64,000 bases of DNA from Candidatus Moraniibacteriota bacterium (GCA_030648835.1 JAUSGT010000001.1:69010-133009), one strand, 5' to 3'; shown: positions 20,300 to 30,048, counted from the first letter of the stretch. Notes: a model not told the origin generated them from the sequence alone. Numbers and translations are program-made.

Positions 20300-21717
20300 A
20301 AATACGAGAAAACAAAAGTGGGGTCAGAGGGTCGGCGCTGGTATACGGTCTTGTTATTTTGACGGTGGTTTCGATTGTCCTGACATCGATTATCGGTTTT
20401 GTGGCATCGCAGACCAAATATTCATTGCAGGTTCATTCTCGCGAAGAGGCGTTTCAGGTTGCCGAAACAGGCGTTCATTTCTATCGCTGGTATCTGGCGC
20501 ATACCGTGGATGGTCGGACGACGCAGCAGGTGAAAACTTTTTGGGCAACGGGCAACCCATACGGTGTCGCGACGCCCTATGAAGTGGAATACAAAGACCA
20601 ATCGGGAGTAGCCATCGGCAAGTATCGTCTGGAAGTCACTCCGCCGAGTGGTGGATCGACTATCGTCACGGTCAAGTCGACCGGGTGGCTGTACAAATAC
20701 CCGGAGGCTACCCGTGTTTTGGAAGTGCGTTTCAGACGGCCATCGTGGAGCGAGTACGTCGTATTGTCGAACAATAATATCCGCTTCGGGTCCGGCACGG
20801 ACGTACAGGGAAAAATCTTTTCCAATGGCGGTGTCCATTTCGACGGGGTTACGAACAATATCGTGTATAGCGCCGTGGGTACGTACTATGATTCGGATAA
20901 CGATGTACACGCCACCAAGCCTGGTGTCTGGACATCCTGGGCCAACGAATACAATACCACCATGGGAAGCGACGTTTTTTTGGCCGGGAAACGTTACCCG
21001 CCGGACTATTCGATCGCGACTATCCCGTTCAGCTCGGTGTATGGAGATCTCAATCTGATGAAAGCGGATGCGACAACGGGCGGGACATATTTCGACAATA
21101 GCGGGCAGGGGAGACATATTATTCTGAAAACGAACGGCACATTCGATATCCGTATTGTGCAGAGCACCAACAGCAGCACCAACAACATCAATAATTATTC
21201 CGGGGCGTGGCAAAATCGTTCCATTCCGCAAGACGGGATTATCTTTGTTGAGGACAATGTCTGGTTGGAAGGGCAGGTCGATGGCCAGCGGGTGACAATC
21301 GCCGCCGCGAACCTCACTTCTTCAGCTTTGAAAAGTGTCTATATCAATGGAAATATCCGTTATACCAACTATGATGGGACGGATGGTATCGGCATCGTGG
21401 CTCAGAATGATATCGAAATCCCCAAGAACTCCCCGACCGATCTACGTATCGATGGAGCAGTGCTTTCACAGGAAGGCCGTGTTGGTCGCCAGCATTACAC
21501 GAATTCCAATTGTCATTCCTGGGCCTGTGAGGACCACAAGAACAGCATCACTATCTTTGGCGCGATGGCGAGCAATCAGCGCTACGGCTTCGCGTGGACG
21601 GACGGTACCGGCTATACGACGCGCAATCTCTACTATGACAATAATCTGTTTTATTTCCCACCGCCATATTTTCCGACCGGTACGCAGTACCAGATGGATT
21701 TGTGGGAGGAGAAATAG
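20296..21717 (+). CDS. Pilus-associated membrane-anchored protein (hypothetical)
   Basis: N-terminal hydrophobic anchor (ALVYGLVILTVVSIVLTSIIGFV). Translationally coupled (ATGA overlap) to the preceding pseudopilin gene. Confidence 0.5.
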   Translation: MKIRENKSGVRGSALVYGLVILTVVSIVLTSIIGFVASQTKYSLQVHSREEAFQVAETGVHFYRWYLAHTVDGRTTQQVKTFWATGNPYGVATPYEVEYKDQSGVAIGKYRLEVTPPSGGSTIVTVKSTGWLYKYPEATRVLEVRFRRPSWSEYVVLSNNNIRFGSGTDVQGKIFSNGGVHFDGVTNNIVYSAVGTYYDSDNDVHATKPGVWTSWANEYNTTMGSDVFLAGKRYPPDYSIATIPFSSVYGDLNLMKADATTGGTYFDNSGQGRHIILKTNGTFDIRIVQSTNSSTNNINNYSGAWQNRSIPQDGIIFVEDNVWLEGQVDGQRVTIAAANLTSSALKSVYINGNIRYTNYDGTDGIGIVAQNDIEIPKNSPTDLRIDGAVLSQEGRVGRQHYTNSNCHSWACEDHKNSITIFGAMASNQRYGFAWTDGTGYTTRNLYYDNNLFYFPPPYFPTGTQYQMDLWEEK

Positions 21718-21720
21718 TGA

Positions 21721-21816
21721 GAGCTTTTTAGCTGATTAGCTTCTTAGCTGGTAGGTCACGGAGAATCTGGTTTTATGAATTATTTACAAGCTAAAAAGCT
21801 ACCAGCTACCAGCTAG
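21721..21816. repeat. AGCT-containing direct/inverted repeat cluster between pilin genes and pilM
   Basis: TTAGCTG/TTAGCTT/TTAGCTGG triplet on one side and AGCTACC x3 on the other, mutually complementary. Possible attenuator or protein-binding iterons. Confidence 0.35.
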
Positions 21817-21859
21817 AAATGTGATACAATGAGTAAGAGAAAAATACATATCAAAAGCA

Positions 21860-22954
21860 ATGAGTATATTGCAGAAAAAAATTTTTGATCTTTTCCCGAG
21901 CGCCTTCGGACTGGACTTGAGCGATCTTTCGATGAAAGCGGTGTGGCTCAATCGGACCAGACAGAACGACTCTATTGCCAGTTTTGGGACGGTGCCACTT
22001 CCCGCGGGTAGCGTGATTGACGGTGAAATTATGAATAGCGAGGCGGTGGAGAGCGCCATTGCCACCTTGCTGGAAATATCCGGTCCCCAGAAAATAAAAA
22101 CTCGCCAAGTGGTGTGTTCATTGCCGGAAACGAAAGCTTTTCTGCGGATTATCTCTCTCCCCGCGATGGAAAAGGACGAGGTCAAAGAAGCCATCAAATG
22201 GGAGATCGAGGCGAACATCCCTCTGACACTTGATCAGGTGTACTATGATTGGCAGATTCTGGATCTCAACCTGACTCAGGAAAAAGGCAAGATAAGCGTG
22301 CTCGTGGTGGCGGTGGCGCGGAGTGTGGTGGATCAGTTCCAGACGGTACTGGCGACAGCCGGCTTGGAAGTGGTCGGTCTCGAAACGGAGTCTATTGCTC
22401 AGGCTCGGAGTCTTTTGGCCGAAAAAAACGAGAAACGCACGACGCTTATCATCGATATCGGCGATCGTCGGACGAGCTTTCTCATCGCTATCGGAAGTAC
22501 GCCGTGCTTCACCTCGAGCGTACCGCTTTCTTCACAGATGGTGACGGATGCCATTTCCAAGTCGCTGCATATTTCTTTCGATGAAGCGGAAGCGATCAAA
22601 ATTAGCCAGGGTTTGGGGTCACTCGCGCTCAAGAGCCCGGTTTTGAAAGCGGTCCTCCCGGTGCTCGAGAATATAGCCGTGGAAATCGAGAAGTCCATCG
22701 ATTTTTATCTGAGCAACCTCCACTATTCGGAAAATATCGACTCCATTGTGCTGTGTGGGGGAGGATCGAATATGCAGGGACTCTTGCCATTCCTCTCGCG
22801 CCGTTTGGGGAGACCGATCGAATTCGGCAATCCTTGGGTGAATGTGCGGCTTGGGGAACAGCTGCCGCTTATCGATCGCAAACATTCCGTACAGTATTCA
22901 ACCGCTATTGGCCTGGCGCTTCGAGGCCTCGATGAATATGAAGACTTTGCTTAA
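21860..22954 (+). CDS. pilM: Type IV pilus assembly protein PilM (actin-like ATPase fold)
   Basis: PilM-like N-terminus (GLDLSDLSMKAV...) and the length match. It is followed by overlapping pilN- and pilO-like genes. Confidence 0.75.
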   Translation: MSILQKKIFDLFPSAFGLDLSDLSMKAVWLNRTRQNDSIASFGTVPLPAGSVIDGEIMNSEAVESAIATLLEISGPQKIKTRQVVCSLPETKAFLRIISLPAMEKDEVKEAIKWEIEANIPLTLDQVYYDWQILDLNLTQEKGKISVLVVAVARSVVDQFQTVLATAGLEVVGLETESIAQARSLLAEKNEKRTTLIIDIGDRRTSFLIAIGSTPCFTSSVPLSSQMVTDAISKSLHISFDEAEAIKISQGLGSLALKSPVLKAVLPVLENIAVEIEKSIDFYLSNLHYSENIDSIVLCGGGSNMQGLLPFLSRRLGRPIEFGNPWVNVRLGEQLPLIDRKHSVQYSTAIGLALRGLDEYEDFA

Positions 22955-23501
22955 CCTCCTGCCGGAGGAAAACAAGAAAAATATCCAGCGCAAGCTCCAC
23001 TTCCGCTTTTTTCTGTGGCAACTTTTTCTTATGTGTACTCTGGGAGTATTCTATCTGAGTATGCTCATGAGCATATATGTCATTCTCGATTTTCAGCTGG
23101 GGAGCCTGCAGGTGGCTGGAGAACAATATGATGTGACATACACGGAACAGGGGACGCTCAGCGTGTATCAGAAAAAATTCAAAGACACGAACGCGACCGT
23201 CGAGGTGATCGGAAAAATCGAAAAAAATCATTTCTCTTTTACGCAGGTATTTTTGATTCTTGATACACTGCTTCCGGAAGGGGTTGCTCTGGATCGTCTG
23301 ACCACCAAGAATTACACAGTTATGTTGGCCGGGCGCGCGGCTACACGGGACGATATTCTGACTCTGGAATCCCGTCTCGAGGAAACAGTCTGTGTAAAGA
23401 ACGTCAATGTGCCACTCTCCAACCTTTTTTCGCAGGAAAATATTGATTTTCAGATTGATTTTGAGATGCAAAAAGAGTGTTTGCAAAAAAGTACCTTATG
23501 A
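22932..23501 (+). CDS. pilN: PilN-like bitopic membrane protein
   Basis: MNMKTLLNLLPEENKK... then a single TM helix. Overlaps the pilM 3' end. Confidence 0.55.
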   Translation: MNMKTLLNLLPEENKKNIQRKLHFRFFLWQLFLMCTLGVFYLSMLMSIYVILDFQLGSLQVAGEQYDVTYTEQGTLSVYQKKFKDTNATVEVIGKIEKNHFSFTQVFLILDTLLPEGVALDRLTTKNYTVMLAGRAATRDDILTLESRLEETVCVKNVNVPLSNLFSQENIDFQIDFEMQKECLQKSTL

Positions 23502-24238
23502 TATTTACTCCATACAAAAAATATACCACGCGCATTATTCTCTTCGTCCTGCTTTTAGGCATGGTGGGCATTATTTGGTATGGTATAGTGCCTCTCAAAC
23601 AGGCCATATACGAAAAAATGAGGAGCATTCAGGAATTTTATGCCATGCGGGAGAATCGACAGAAACAAGTAGTGAGACTGCCGGAGCTCAAGGCACAATA
23701 TGACGTGATTCTTCAGAATGAAAAACTGCTTGACGTTCTCATTTCGGAAAACGAAATAGTGAATTCCGTGAAAACATTTGAAGGGATCGCCGATGAAACT
23801 CATGTCGAAATGAGCATTACTGCGAAAGAGAATGGGCAGATTACCGAATCGAAGAAGATCGTTGCCAAAGCGGATCAACCGGTCAAAGGAGACGCCGATG
23901 TTTCTTCAAAAAACAGCGCGGGCAAAGAGAAGTCCACGGATATCTTGAGTGACATCCCATTCGATTGGTACCTGTATCTGAATGTCAGAGTCCGGGGGCG
24001 CTACGAGGATGTTGTCGTATTTTTGCACAAGATGGAAACGCTTCCCATGGGACTCGACGTTATTCGCCTTGAGATGAGGAGGGGAGAGGCAGCGGATGCA
24101 GTTGGAAGCGTTTCCGGAAGCGGTATCAATCCTTTCCTGCTGTCGAGTGGCGATACACAAGCGGAACCTTCGGTTGCACAAAAGGATGTTTTTGAAGCGG
24201 TGTTCGATGTTTTGATATATGTGGATAAAAAAAATTAA
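23498..24238 (+). CDS. pilO: PilO-like bitopic membrane protein
   Basis: ATGA overlap with pilN, an N-terminal TM helix and a coiled-coil segment. Confidence 0.5.
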   Translation: MIFTPYKKYTTRIILFVLLLGMVGIIWYGIVPLKQAIYEKMRSIQEFYAMRENRQKQVVRLPELKAQYDVILQNEKLLDVLISENEIVNSVKTFEGIADETHVEMSITAKENGQITESKKIVAKADQPVKGDADVSSKNSAGKEKSTDILSDIPFDWYLYLNVRVRGRYEDVVVFLHKMETLPMGLDVIRLEMRRGEAADAVGSVSGSGINPFLLSSGDTQAEPSVAQKDVFEAVFDVLIYVDKKN

Positions 24239-24241
24239 TGT

Positions 24242-24586
24242 ATGACTATCCCATTCCCTCCCATTTTTAAAAAGTTATTGGGGAACTCTTCCTTGAGAGG
24301 CGCCATATTTTTCTGGTATCGGCGTTATAAAGTGGTTTTCTTTTTTGGTTTTCTTATTGTACTTTCGATCGGCGGATGGAATTGGTATCAGAGTCTCTAT
24401 CAATATCATTTCAGCGATGATGAGAAAAAACAATACATAGACTCATACTTCAGAGAAACAACTTTCAAGGAAACACAATTTCGCGAAACAATAGGCGATC
24501 TCAAGGCACGTGCTCTTCTGCACGAAAAGTGGCTTCCCCTGACACGCAATATCTTCGAGGGAAAAGGGATCCAGCCGAGAAAGTAG
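24242..24586 (+). CDS. Small membrane protein (114 aa), last gene of pilus operon
   Basis: Single TM helix (VVFFFGFLIVLSIGGW). No family recognised. Confidence 0.45.
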   Translation: MTIPFPPIFKKLLGNSSLRGAIFFWYRRYKVVFFFGFLIVLSIGGWNWYQSLYQYHFSDDEKKQYIDSYFRETTFKETQFRETIGDLKARALLHEKWLPLTRNIFEGKGIQPRK

Positions 24587-24604
24587 TTTTCTCTCTGTTT
24601 TGAT

Positions 24605-24753
24605 TCTCCTCATCACAAGTAACCTCCCCGGGCAGACACTCATTTCCCCCAGCGGGGAAACTCGTTGCGTGAACTTTTTTTGATCCGCCTGAGACGGCGG
24701 AACCGTGCTCAAAAAAACTTCAAGCCTCCCGGGAAGATTCTTGTGAGAGGAGG
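24605..24753 (+). repeat. Family-A structured element, copy 3
   Basis: TIRs CCTCATCACAAG/CTTGTGAGAGGAGG, conserved core and a covarying hairpin (CCGCC/GGCGG). Confidence 0.7.
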
Positions 24754-24832
24754 GTATTTTGAGGCTCTCTCCATTGAATTTTTTGCGGGTTGAGATTGAC
24801 CCTATAGTTTTTTTTGGCTATACTGTCTGACT

Positions 24833-25879
24833 ATGATGCCAATTGCCAGAAAAGAACAATTTTTTTCACTCTTCCCCGAAGCGCCGGCATTCCGCTTTCG
24901 GCAGTTTGAAACGGCCCTTTTCGACCCGACTCTTCGGGATTTTTCCGGCATTTCCAATATGCCGCTTCCGATGCGTGAGACACTTGATAAACAGATGGCA
25001 TGGCTCAGTCTTCATCCGGCGCATGTTTTGGAGAGCGTAAAAAAAGATACGTATAAGGCCATTGTAGAGCTCGGGGATAAAACACGCGTGGAGACGGTGC
25101 TTATGCATAATGCCCGGGGACAATGGACCGTATGCGTTTCGGCTCAGGTGGGCTGCGCTATGGGCTGTACTTTTTGCGCTACGGGGAAAATGGGTTTCAC
25201 GCGCAATCTTCTTTCGGATGAGATCGTCGATCAGTATCGTTTTTGGAAAATATTCCTCCATAAGCAATCTGAAGCTTCCGGACGGATCAGCAATATTGTT
25301 TTTATGGGTATGGGAGAGCCTCTCGCCAACTATGACCATGTCAAAGAGTCCATCGGGCAGTTGCTGAGAGAGACGGACCTCGGGCCGACCCATATCACGG
25401 TCTCTACCGTCGGTCTGCTGCCCATGCTCCGGAAAATTGTCAAAGACCCCGAGTGGCCAGCCGTGCGATTGGCGGTGTCACTCCACAGCGCCGACTCCGA
25501 TACGAGAAAAGCTATGATGCCGAGCTCTTTCGATACGTTTTTGGAGGAGCTTCTGGAGTGGGCGAAAAGTTATTTCGAGAAGAACGAGAGCCGGCGCCGT
25601 CACCTCACTTTCGAGTATGTGATGCTCTCTAAAATCAATGACACAGAAAAACATGCGGAGGCGCTTATCCGTTTCGCACGCCGGGTCGGCAAAGTGCGTA
25701 TCAATCTGATTCCCTATAACTTTACCGGAAGCGTTTATCGGGACAGTCTGCCGGCTGATTTCGCGCGTTTCGAAACATTGCTCAAGGATGCCGGAGTGAC
25801 AGTGATGCGGAGGCGTACGATGGGCGATGATATTGCCGCCGCCTGCGGTCAACTGATCGTGGAAAAAGAAAAACAGTAA
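24833..25879 (+). CDS. rlmN: 23S rRNA m2A2503 / tRNA m2A37 methyltransferase (radical SAM)
   Basis: The CAMGCTFCATG radical-SAM cluster within an RlmN-like framework. Confidence 0.85.
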   Translation: MMPIARKEQFFSLFPEAPAFRFRQFETALFDPTLRDFSGISNMPLPMRETLDKQMAWLSLHPAHVLESVKKDTYKAIVELGDKTRVETVLMHNARGQWTVCVSAQVGCAMGCTFCATGKMGFTRNLLSDEIVDQYRFWKIFLHKQSEASGRISNIVFMGMGEPLANYDHVKESIGQLLRETDLGPTHITVSTVGLLPMLRKIVKDPEWPAVRLAVSLHSADSDTRKAMMPSSFDTFLEELLEWAKSYFEKNESRRRHLTFEYVMLSKINDTEKHAEALIRFARRVGKVRINLIPYNFTGSVYRDSLPADFARFETLLKDAGVTVMRRRTMGDDIAAACGQLIVEKEKQ

Positions 25880-25892
25880 ACGAGGAGAAATT

Positions 25893-27041
25893 ATGGCAGA
25901 AACATATTTTATCAAAACTTTCGGGTGCCAGCAGAATGTGGCCGATTCCGAGCGCCTCGAGAGCTATTATACATCGCGAGGTTTCACGCGAGCGTCAGTG
26001 ATGGAAGAAGCGGATGTGCTTGTTTTGAATACCTGTGTCATTCGTGATCGGGCCGAGGAAAAAGTGTACGGGATGATCAAGAGTCTGCGTTTGCGATTGA
26101 AGGAAAAGTCGCCGCGTATCGTGGTGACCGGTTGTCTCATCGGCGCGGCCGCGCGGGTGCCGGGGGGAAAAATGATGAAACGACTGACCGGTCGTCTGCC
26201 GGATGTGGAGTTCCTGCCGCTGGAAGACGTGGGATTCGAATACGCCCCGGAGCGCGCCCCAGGCAAGATGGCGTCCATCGTCATTTCCAACGGCTGCAAC
26301 AATTACTGCGCTTTCTGTATCGTACCGTTTTCCCGGGGGCCTGAACGCTCGCGTCCGCTGGAGGATATTGTGGGTGAAGTACAGCACGCGGCAGCGGCAG
26401 GGTATAGCGAGGTGATGCTTTTGGGTCAGAACGTGAATTCTTATGGCGCTGATTTTTTGACCGAGACGATGAAGAAGAAAGAAAAGTATCGGCTGCCGAG
26501 TGGCGAGGAAGTCGTTCCTGTCATGGTCAAGCATCTCAACCGCCATCGCATCCCGACCCTCTTTCCGCATCTCTTGGAGCGGGTGGCGCAGATTCCGGGA
26601 ATCAAGGAAGTCTCTTTCATCTCTGCCAATCCGTGGGATTTTTCCGATGAGCTGATTGATGTGATTGCTCGTAATGAAAATATTGATCGTGTACTCCATC
26701 TGCCGGTGCAGGCGGGGAGCGATGCCGTATTGAAAAGTATGAATCGTTGGTACACCCGCGCCGAATATTTGGCATTGATCGACAAGATTCGCGCTCGCGT
26801 TCCGGGAGTGGAGTTCACGACGGATATCATCGTGGGGTTCCCGGGAGAAACGTTGGAACAATTTCAAGAGACGATCGATCTGGCCAAACAAGTCAATTTC
26901 GCAAAAACGTATATTGCCTGGTATTCGCCCCGGCCCGGGACAGCCGCCACCAAAGGAATGCGAGATGATGTGCCAATTATGGAGAAAAAGAGACGTTATA
27001 CCGAGCTAGATACCGTTACTTTCAAAGGAAAAAAGGCTTAG
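25893..27041 (+). CDS. MiaB/RimO-family radical-SAM methylthiotransferase (no TRAM domain)
   Basis: UPF0004 N-terminal domain (FGCQQN...LNTCVIRD) and radical SAM CNNYCAFC. Confidence 0.8.
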   Translation: MAETYFIKTFGCQQNVADSERLESYYTSRGFTRASVMEEADVLVLNTCVIRDRAEEKVYGMIKSLRLRLKEKSPRIVVTGCLIGAAARVPGGKMMKRLTGRLPDVEFLPLEDVGFEYAPERAPGKMASIVISNGCNNYCAFCIVPFSRGPERSRPLEDIVGEVQHAAAAGYSEVMLLGQNVNSYGADFLTETMKKKEKYRLPSGEEVVPVMVKHLNRHRIPTLFPHLLERVAQIPGIKEVSFISANPWDFSDELIDVIARNENIDRVLHLPVQAGSDAVLKSMNRWYTRAEYLALIDKIRARVPGVEFTTDIIVGFPGETLEQFQETIDLAKQVNFAKTYIAWYSPRPGTAATKGMRDDVPIMEKKRRYTELDTVTFKGKKA

Positions 27042-27148
27042 AAAAGCCACTATCTGTCAACCATATTTGACAGATAGTATTTTTTAGAGTATAATGTGAA
27101 ATCAGTACCTAAATTTTTTTAATGTCATGCCTACTTGAGGAGAGATCT

Positions 27149-27253
27149 ATGGATTGGGTATTCTGGATCAAAATGCTCCTGGTCATCGCATGTGTGGGGT
27201 TGGCAGCTGACATGCTTTACAATCCTTCAAAGAGAAAGGAGGGAGAAGAATGA
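27149..27253 (+). CDS. Small hydrophobic peptide (34 aa), tentative
   Basis: Strong SD GAGGAGAG 5 nt before the ATG. MDWVFWIKMLLVIACVGLAADMLY... reads as a single TM helix. A terminator follows immediately. Not in the ORF track (too short). Confidence 0.4.
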   Translation: MDWVFWIKMLLVIACVGLAADMLYNPSKRKEGEE

Positions 27254-27261
27254 AAACGACG

Positions 27262-27307
27262 AAGCCGCCAAGGGTATCAATCCGAGGCGGCTTTAAATTT
27301 TTTCTTG
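27262..27307 (+). terminator. Rho-independent terminator
   Basis: AAGCCGCC...GGCGGCTT hairpin, then a T-rich tract. Confidence 0.5.
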
Positions 27308-27340
27308 TCGTTATGAAAGGGGAGGTGGTAGTATGGGTGT

Positions 27341-28153
27341 ATGCCAAAAAAACCACTCACCATCATCTCCTGGAATGTGAACGGCATCCGGGCAGTACAT
27401 AAGAAAGGCCTGTTTTTGCCGTTCATAGAAAAATACCGGCCGGATATTTTGTGTTTGCAGGAAACCAAAGCCCTCGAGGGTCAGGCGGAGATCGATTTGC
27501 CGGACTACGAAGAGTGTTGGAACTCGGCTGAGAGGAAGGGTTACTCCGGTACGGCCATATTCACTAAAGAAAAACCGTTAACTATTATCAATGGATTGCC
27601 TCAGGATATAATTAAAAAATTCCGTTTGGCACACGACGGCTATGGAGACCCGACGACGGAGGGGCGAGTTATTGCGGCTGAGTATCCGGATTTTTTTGTG
27701 GTGACGGTCTATACGCCCAATGCCAAAGAAGACTTGAGCCGTCTCAAGCTTCGCCACAAAGAGTGGGATCCGGCCTTTTTGGCATTTTGCAAAGAGTTGG
27801 AAAAAAAGAAGCCGGTCATATTTTGTGGAGACCTCAACGTCGCCCATACGGAAGATGATCTTGCCAATCCGAAACAAAATGTCGGCGAGCATGGTTTCAC
27901 GGACGAGGAACGGGGAGGTTTCGAGAATTTTATCAGTGCGGGATTTGTGGACACGTTTCGTCTGTTCCATCAGGGGAAAGGATTTTATTCGTGGTGGTCG
28001 CACTTCGCCAATGCGCGAGCCCGCAATGTGGGATGGCGCATCGATTATTTTTTGGTGAGTAGCGCACTCCAGTCGCGTGTGAAAGACTCTTTCATCCTTC
28101 CGGAAGTATTGGGGTCTGATCATTGCCCGGTAGGCATTACTCTAAAAATATGA
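27341..28153 (+). CDS. xth: Exodeoxyribonuclease III (AP endonuclease)
   Basis: LTIISWNVNGIRA...LCLQETK...SDHCPV are canonical ExoIII motifs. Confidence 0.9.
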   Translation: MPKKPLTIISWNVNGIRAVHKKGLFLPFIEKYRPDILCLQETKALEGQAEIDLPDYEECWNSAERKGYSGTAIFTKEKPLTIINGLPQDIIKKFRLAHDGYGDPTTEGRVIAAEYPDFFVVTVYTPNAKEDLSRLKLRHKEWDPAFLAFCKELEKKKPVIFCGDLNVAHTEDDLANPKQNVGEHGFTDEERGGFENFISAGFVDTFRLFHQGKGFYSWWSHFANARARNVGWRIDYFLVSSALQSRVKDSFILPEVLGSDHCPVGITLKI

Positions 28154-29376
28154 ATCCAAGTAAAAATACACCGCTCGCGGAGCGACTCAGACCGCAGACG
28201 ATAGAAGAATTTCTCGGGCAAGAGAAAGTTTTTGGCGAGGGGTCGTTTCTTCGCGATGCTATCAAGAATAACCGAGTTCCCTCGCTCGTCTTGTGGGGGC
28301 CGCCGGGGAGCGGCAAGACGACTTTGGCGAGGATCCTGTCAAATGCTCTCCAAGCGGAATTCATCCAGCTTTCTGCCGTCAGCAGCGGCAAAAAAGATCT
28401 ACAGGCGGTGCTCATTTGCGCTGAGGAGAATCATGAAAAAAATAAACAGACGATTTTGTTTCTCGACGAAATCCATCGTTGGAACAAGGCCCAGCAGGAC
28501 GCTCTCTTGCCGTTTGTCGAGTCAGGAAGATTGACCTTGATCGGCGCGACGACGGAGAATCCCAGTTTTGAAATAAACGCCGCTCTCCTTTCTCGGACAC
28601 GGGTGCTCGTTTTGGAAAAGCATACCAAGGATACGCTTGTCATTCTCCTGAAGCGGGCAGTAGCTGATGATCCGGAACTGAAGAAGAAAAAAATTACGGC
28701 ATCGGATGATACGCTGGCTTTCATCGCGGAAGTGGCGGGTGGTGATGCCAGGCAAGCGCTCAATATTCTCGAGGCTTGTGTCTCGCAGGAAAAAAATATC
28801 ACCCCGGAGTTGGTGGAGAAAATTGTGGCGCGTTCGCACATCCTCTACGACAAGGGCGGGGAACAGCATTACAATATCATTTCGGCGCTTCATAAATCCC
28901 TGCGGGGTAACGATGCCAACGCGGCACTCTACTGGCTCGGGCGGATGCTTGAGGCGGGGGAAGACCCGCTTTATGTGGCAAGGCGGCTGGTGCGTTTCGC
29001 CTCGGAAGATGTGGGGCTGGCGAATTCCTTTGCCCTGCCCCAGGCCGTGGCGGCTTTTCAGGCCTGTCAGATGCTCGGGATGCCGGAGTGCGAGATTCAT
29101 CTGGCACAGGCAGTCGTCTATCTGGCAGAGGCCAAGAAATCAAACGCCCTCTACATCGCCTACGGCAAGGTCAAGGAAGATGTGAGGAACTTCCCCAACG
29201 AGCCGGTGCCCTTGCATTTGCGCAATGCCAAGACATTGCTCATGAAAGAACTCGATTACGGCAAGGATTACAAGTATACGCCGGAGTACAAAACCAAAGA
29301 AGCCGCACAGCAGGAATATTTCCCCGACAAATTGAAAGGCAGGAAATACCTCGCTATCAAGTCGACAGAGAAATAA
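28123..29376 (+). CDS. rarA: Replication-associated recombination protein A (AAA+ ATPase)
   Basis: Walker A ([16 protein letters not shown]) and the MgsA/RarA C-terminal domain ([16 protein letters not shown]). Confidence 0.9.
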   Translation: MPGRHYSKNMNPSKNTPLAERLRPQTIEEFLGQEKVFGEGSFLRDAIKNNRVPSLVLWGPPGSGKTTLARILSNALQAEFIQLSAVSSGKKDLQAVLICAEENHEKNKQTILFLDEIHRWNKAQQDALLPFVESGRLTLIGATTENPSFEINAALLSRTRVLVLEKHTKDTLVILLKRAVADDPELKKKKITASDDTLAFIAEVAGGDARQALNILEACVSQEKNITPELVEKIVARSHILYDKGGEQHYNIISALHKSLRGNDANAALYWLGRMLEAGEDPLYVARRLVRFASEDVGLANSFALPQAVAAFQACQMLGMPECEIHLAQAVVYLAEAKKSNALYIAYGKVKEDVRNFPNEPVPLHLRNAKTLLMKELDYGKDYKYTPEYKTKEAAQQEYFPDKLKGRKYLAIKSTEK

Positions 29377-29434
29377 CGGGGCTTGACGCTTGGGTTACTT
29401 TCCGTTACTCTTCAGCTGCGTTGCATCGGACTAC

Positions 29435-29516
29435 CCCTGGCACTGAGCCGTCAAAGCTGCCTGGGAACCTCCTCCTCCCTTGCGCCGAGATCTCTCAGTG
29501 CTGGGGACCTTTTTTA
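29435..29516 (+). terminator. Long-stem hairpin + U-run in 455-nt intergenic region (terminator or 3' end of a structured RNA)
   Basis: CCCCTGGCACTGAG ... CTCAGTGCTGGGG (a 13-bp stem around a 45-nt loop), followed by ACCTTTTTTATT. Confidence 0.4.
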
Positions 29517-29832
29517 TTCATCAAGATTTTTGAGATGGGGCGGGTCCGCCCGCTTGACGGAAGAACAAAACTTTGCTATCCTTCTTTGGCTCAGAATATG
29601 GGCGAAGGAGCTCTATCGGGCATAATAACGACCCCCACGAATTGTTTCGGGCCGTTTTAATTTTTCTGGTTCTTTTGACAGGGAGTAGTGATGCATCCGC
29701 AACAGCAGATTATACAAGAACAAGGTTCTCTTGAACCGCATTTTATCGCGCGATTCTTACACCACGCGAAAACGTATCTGGGTACGGAAGGTATCCGGAC
29801 CTGGCCGGAAGACAAGACAGAGGAGGAAAACA

Positions 29833-30048
29833 ATGGCGGAAGATGAATGGAGAAAAATGACGATAGCCGCGGAAGCTGCCATCAGGGAGAAGAATATCGC
29901 GCGGGCGCTTGAAATCAGGAGTGAACTCTCGCAAGTCGCTGATCGCAGTCCGAAGATCAATCAATATTACCGGACTTTTTACGATCTCGTTTTGGCCATT
30001 CATTTTGGCCAGCCTGTACAGATTGAAAGGCTCTCCGCTTTGGCCTAG
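29833..30048 (+). CDS. Small hypothetical helical protein (71 aa), tentative
   Basis: Good SD (AGGAGGAAAACA ATG) and a charged helical sequence. Internal start of the 29731 ORF. Confidence 0.4.
   Translation: MAEDEWRKMTIAAEAAIREKNIARALEIRSELSQVADRSPKINQYYRTFYDLVLAIHFGQPVQIERLSALA

Noticed and set aside
29377-29832. tmRNA / RNase P RNA / SRP RNA in the long intergenic gap
   Set aside because: I looked for a tRNA-like T-arm (GGTTCGANTCC), an ANDENYALAA-type tag with terminal GCAGCTTAA, the RNase P GGAAAGTCCGGGC block and the SRP GGAAGCAG motif and found none. Region kept only as an unclassified ncRNA candidate.
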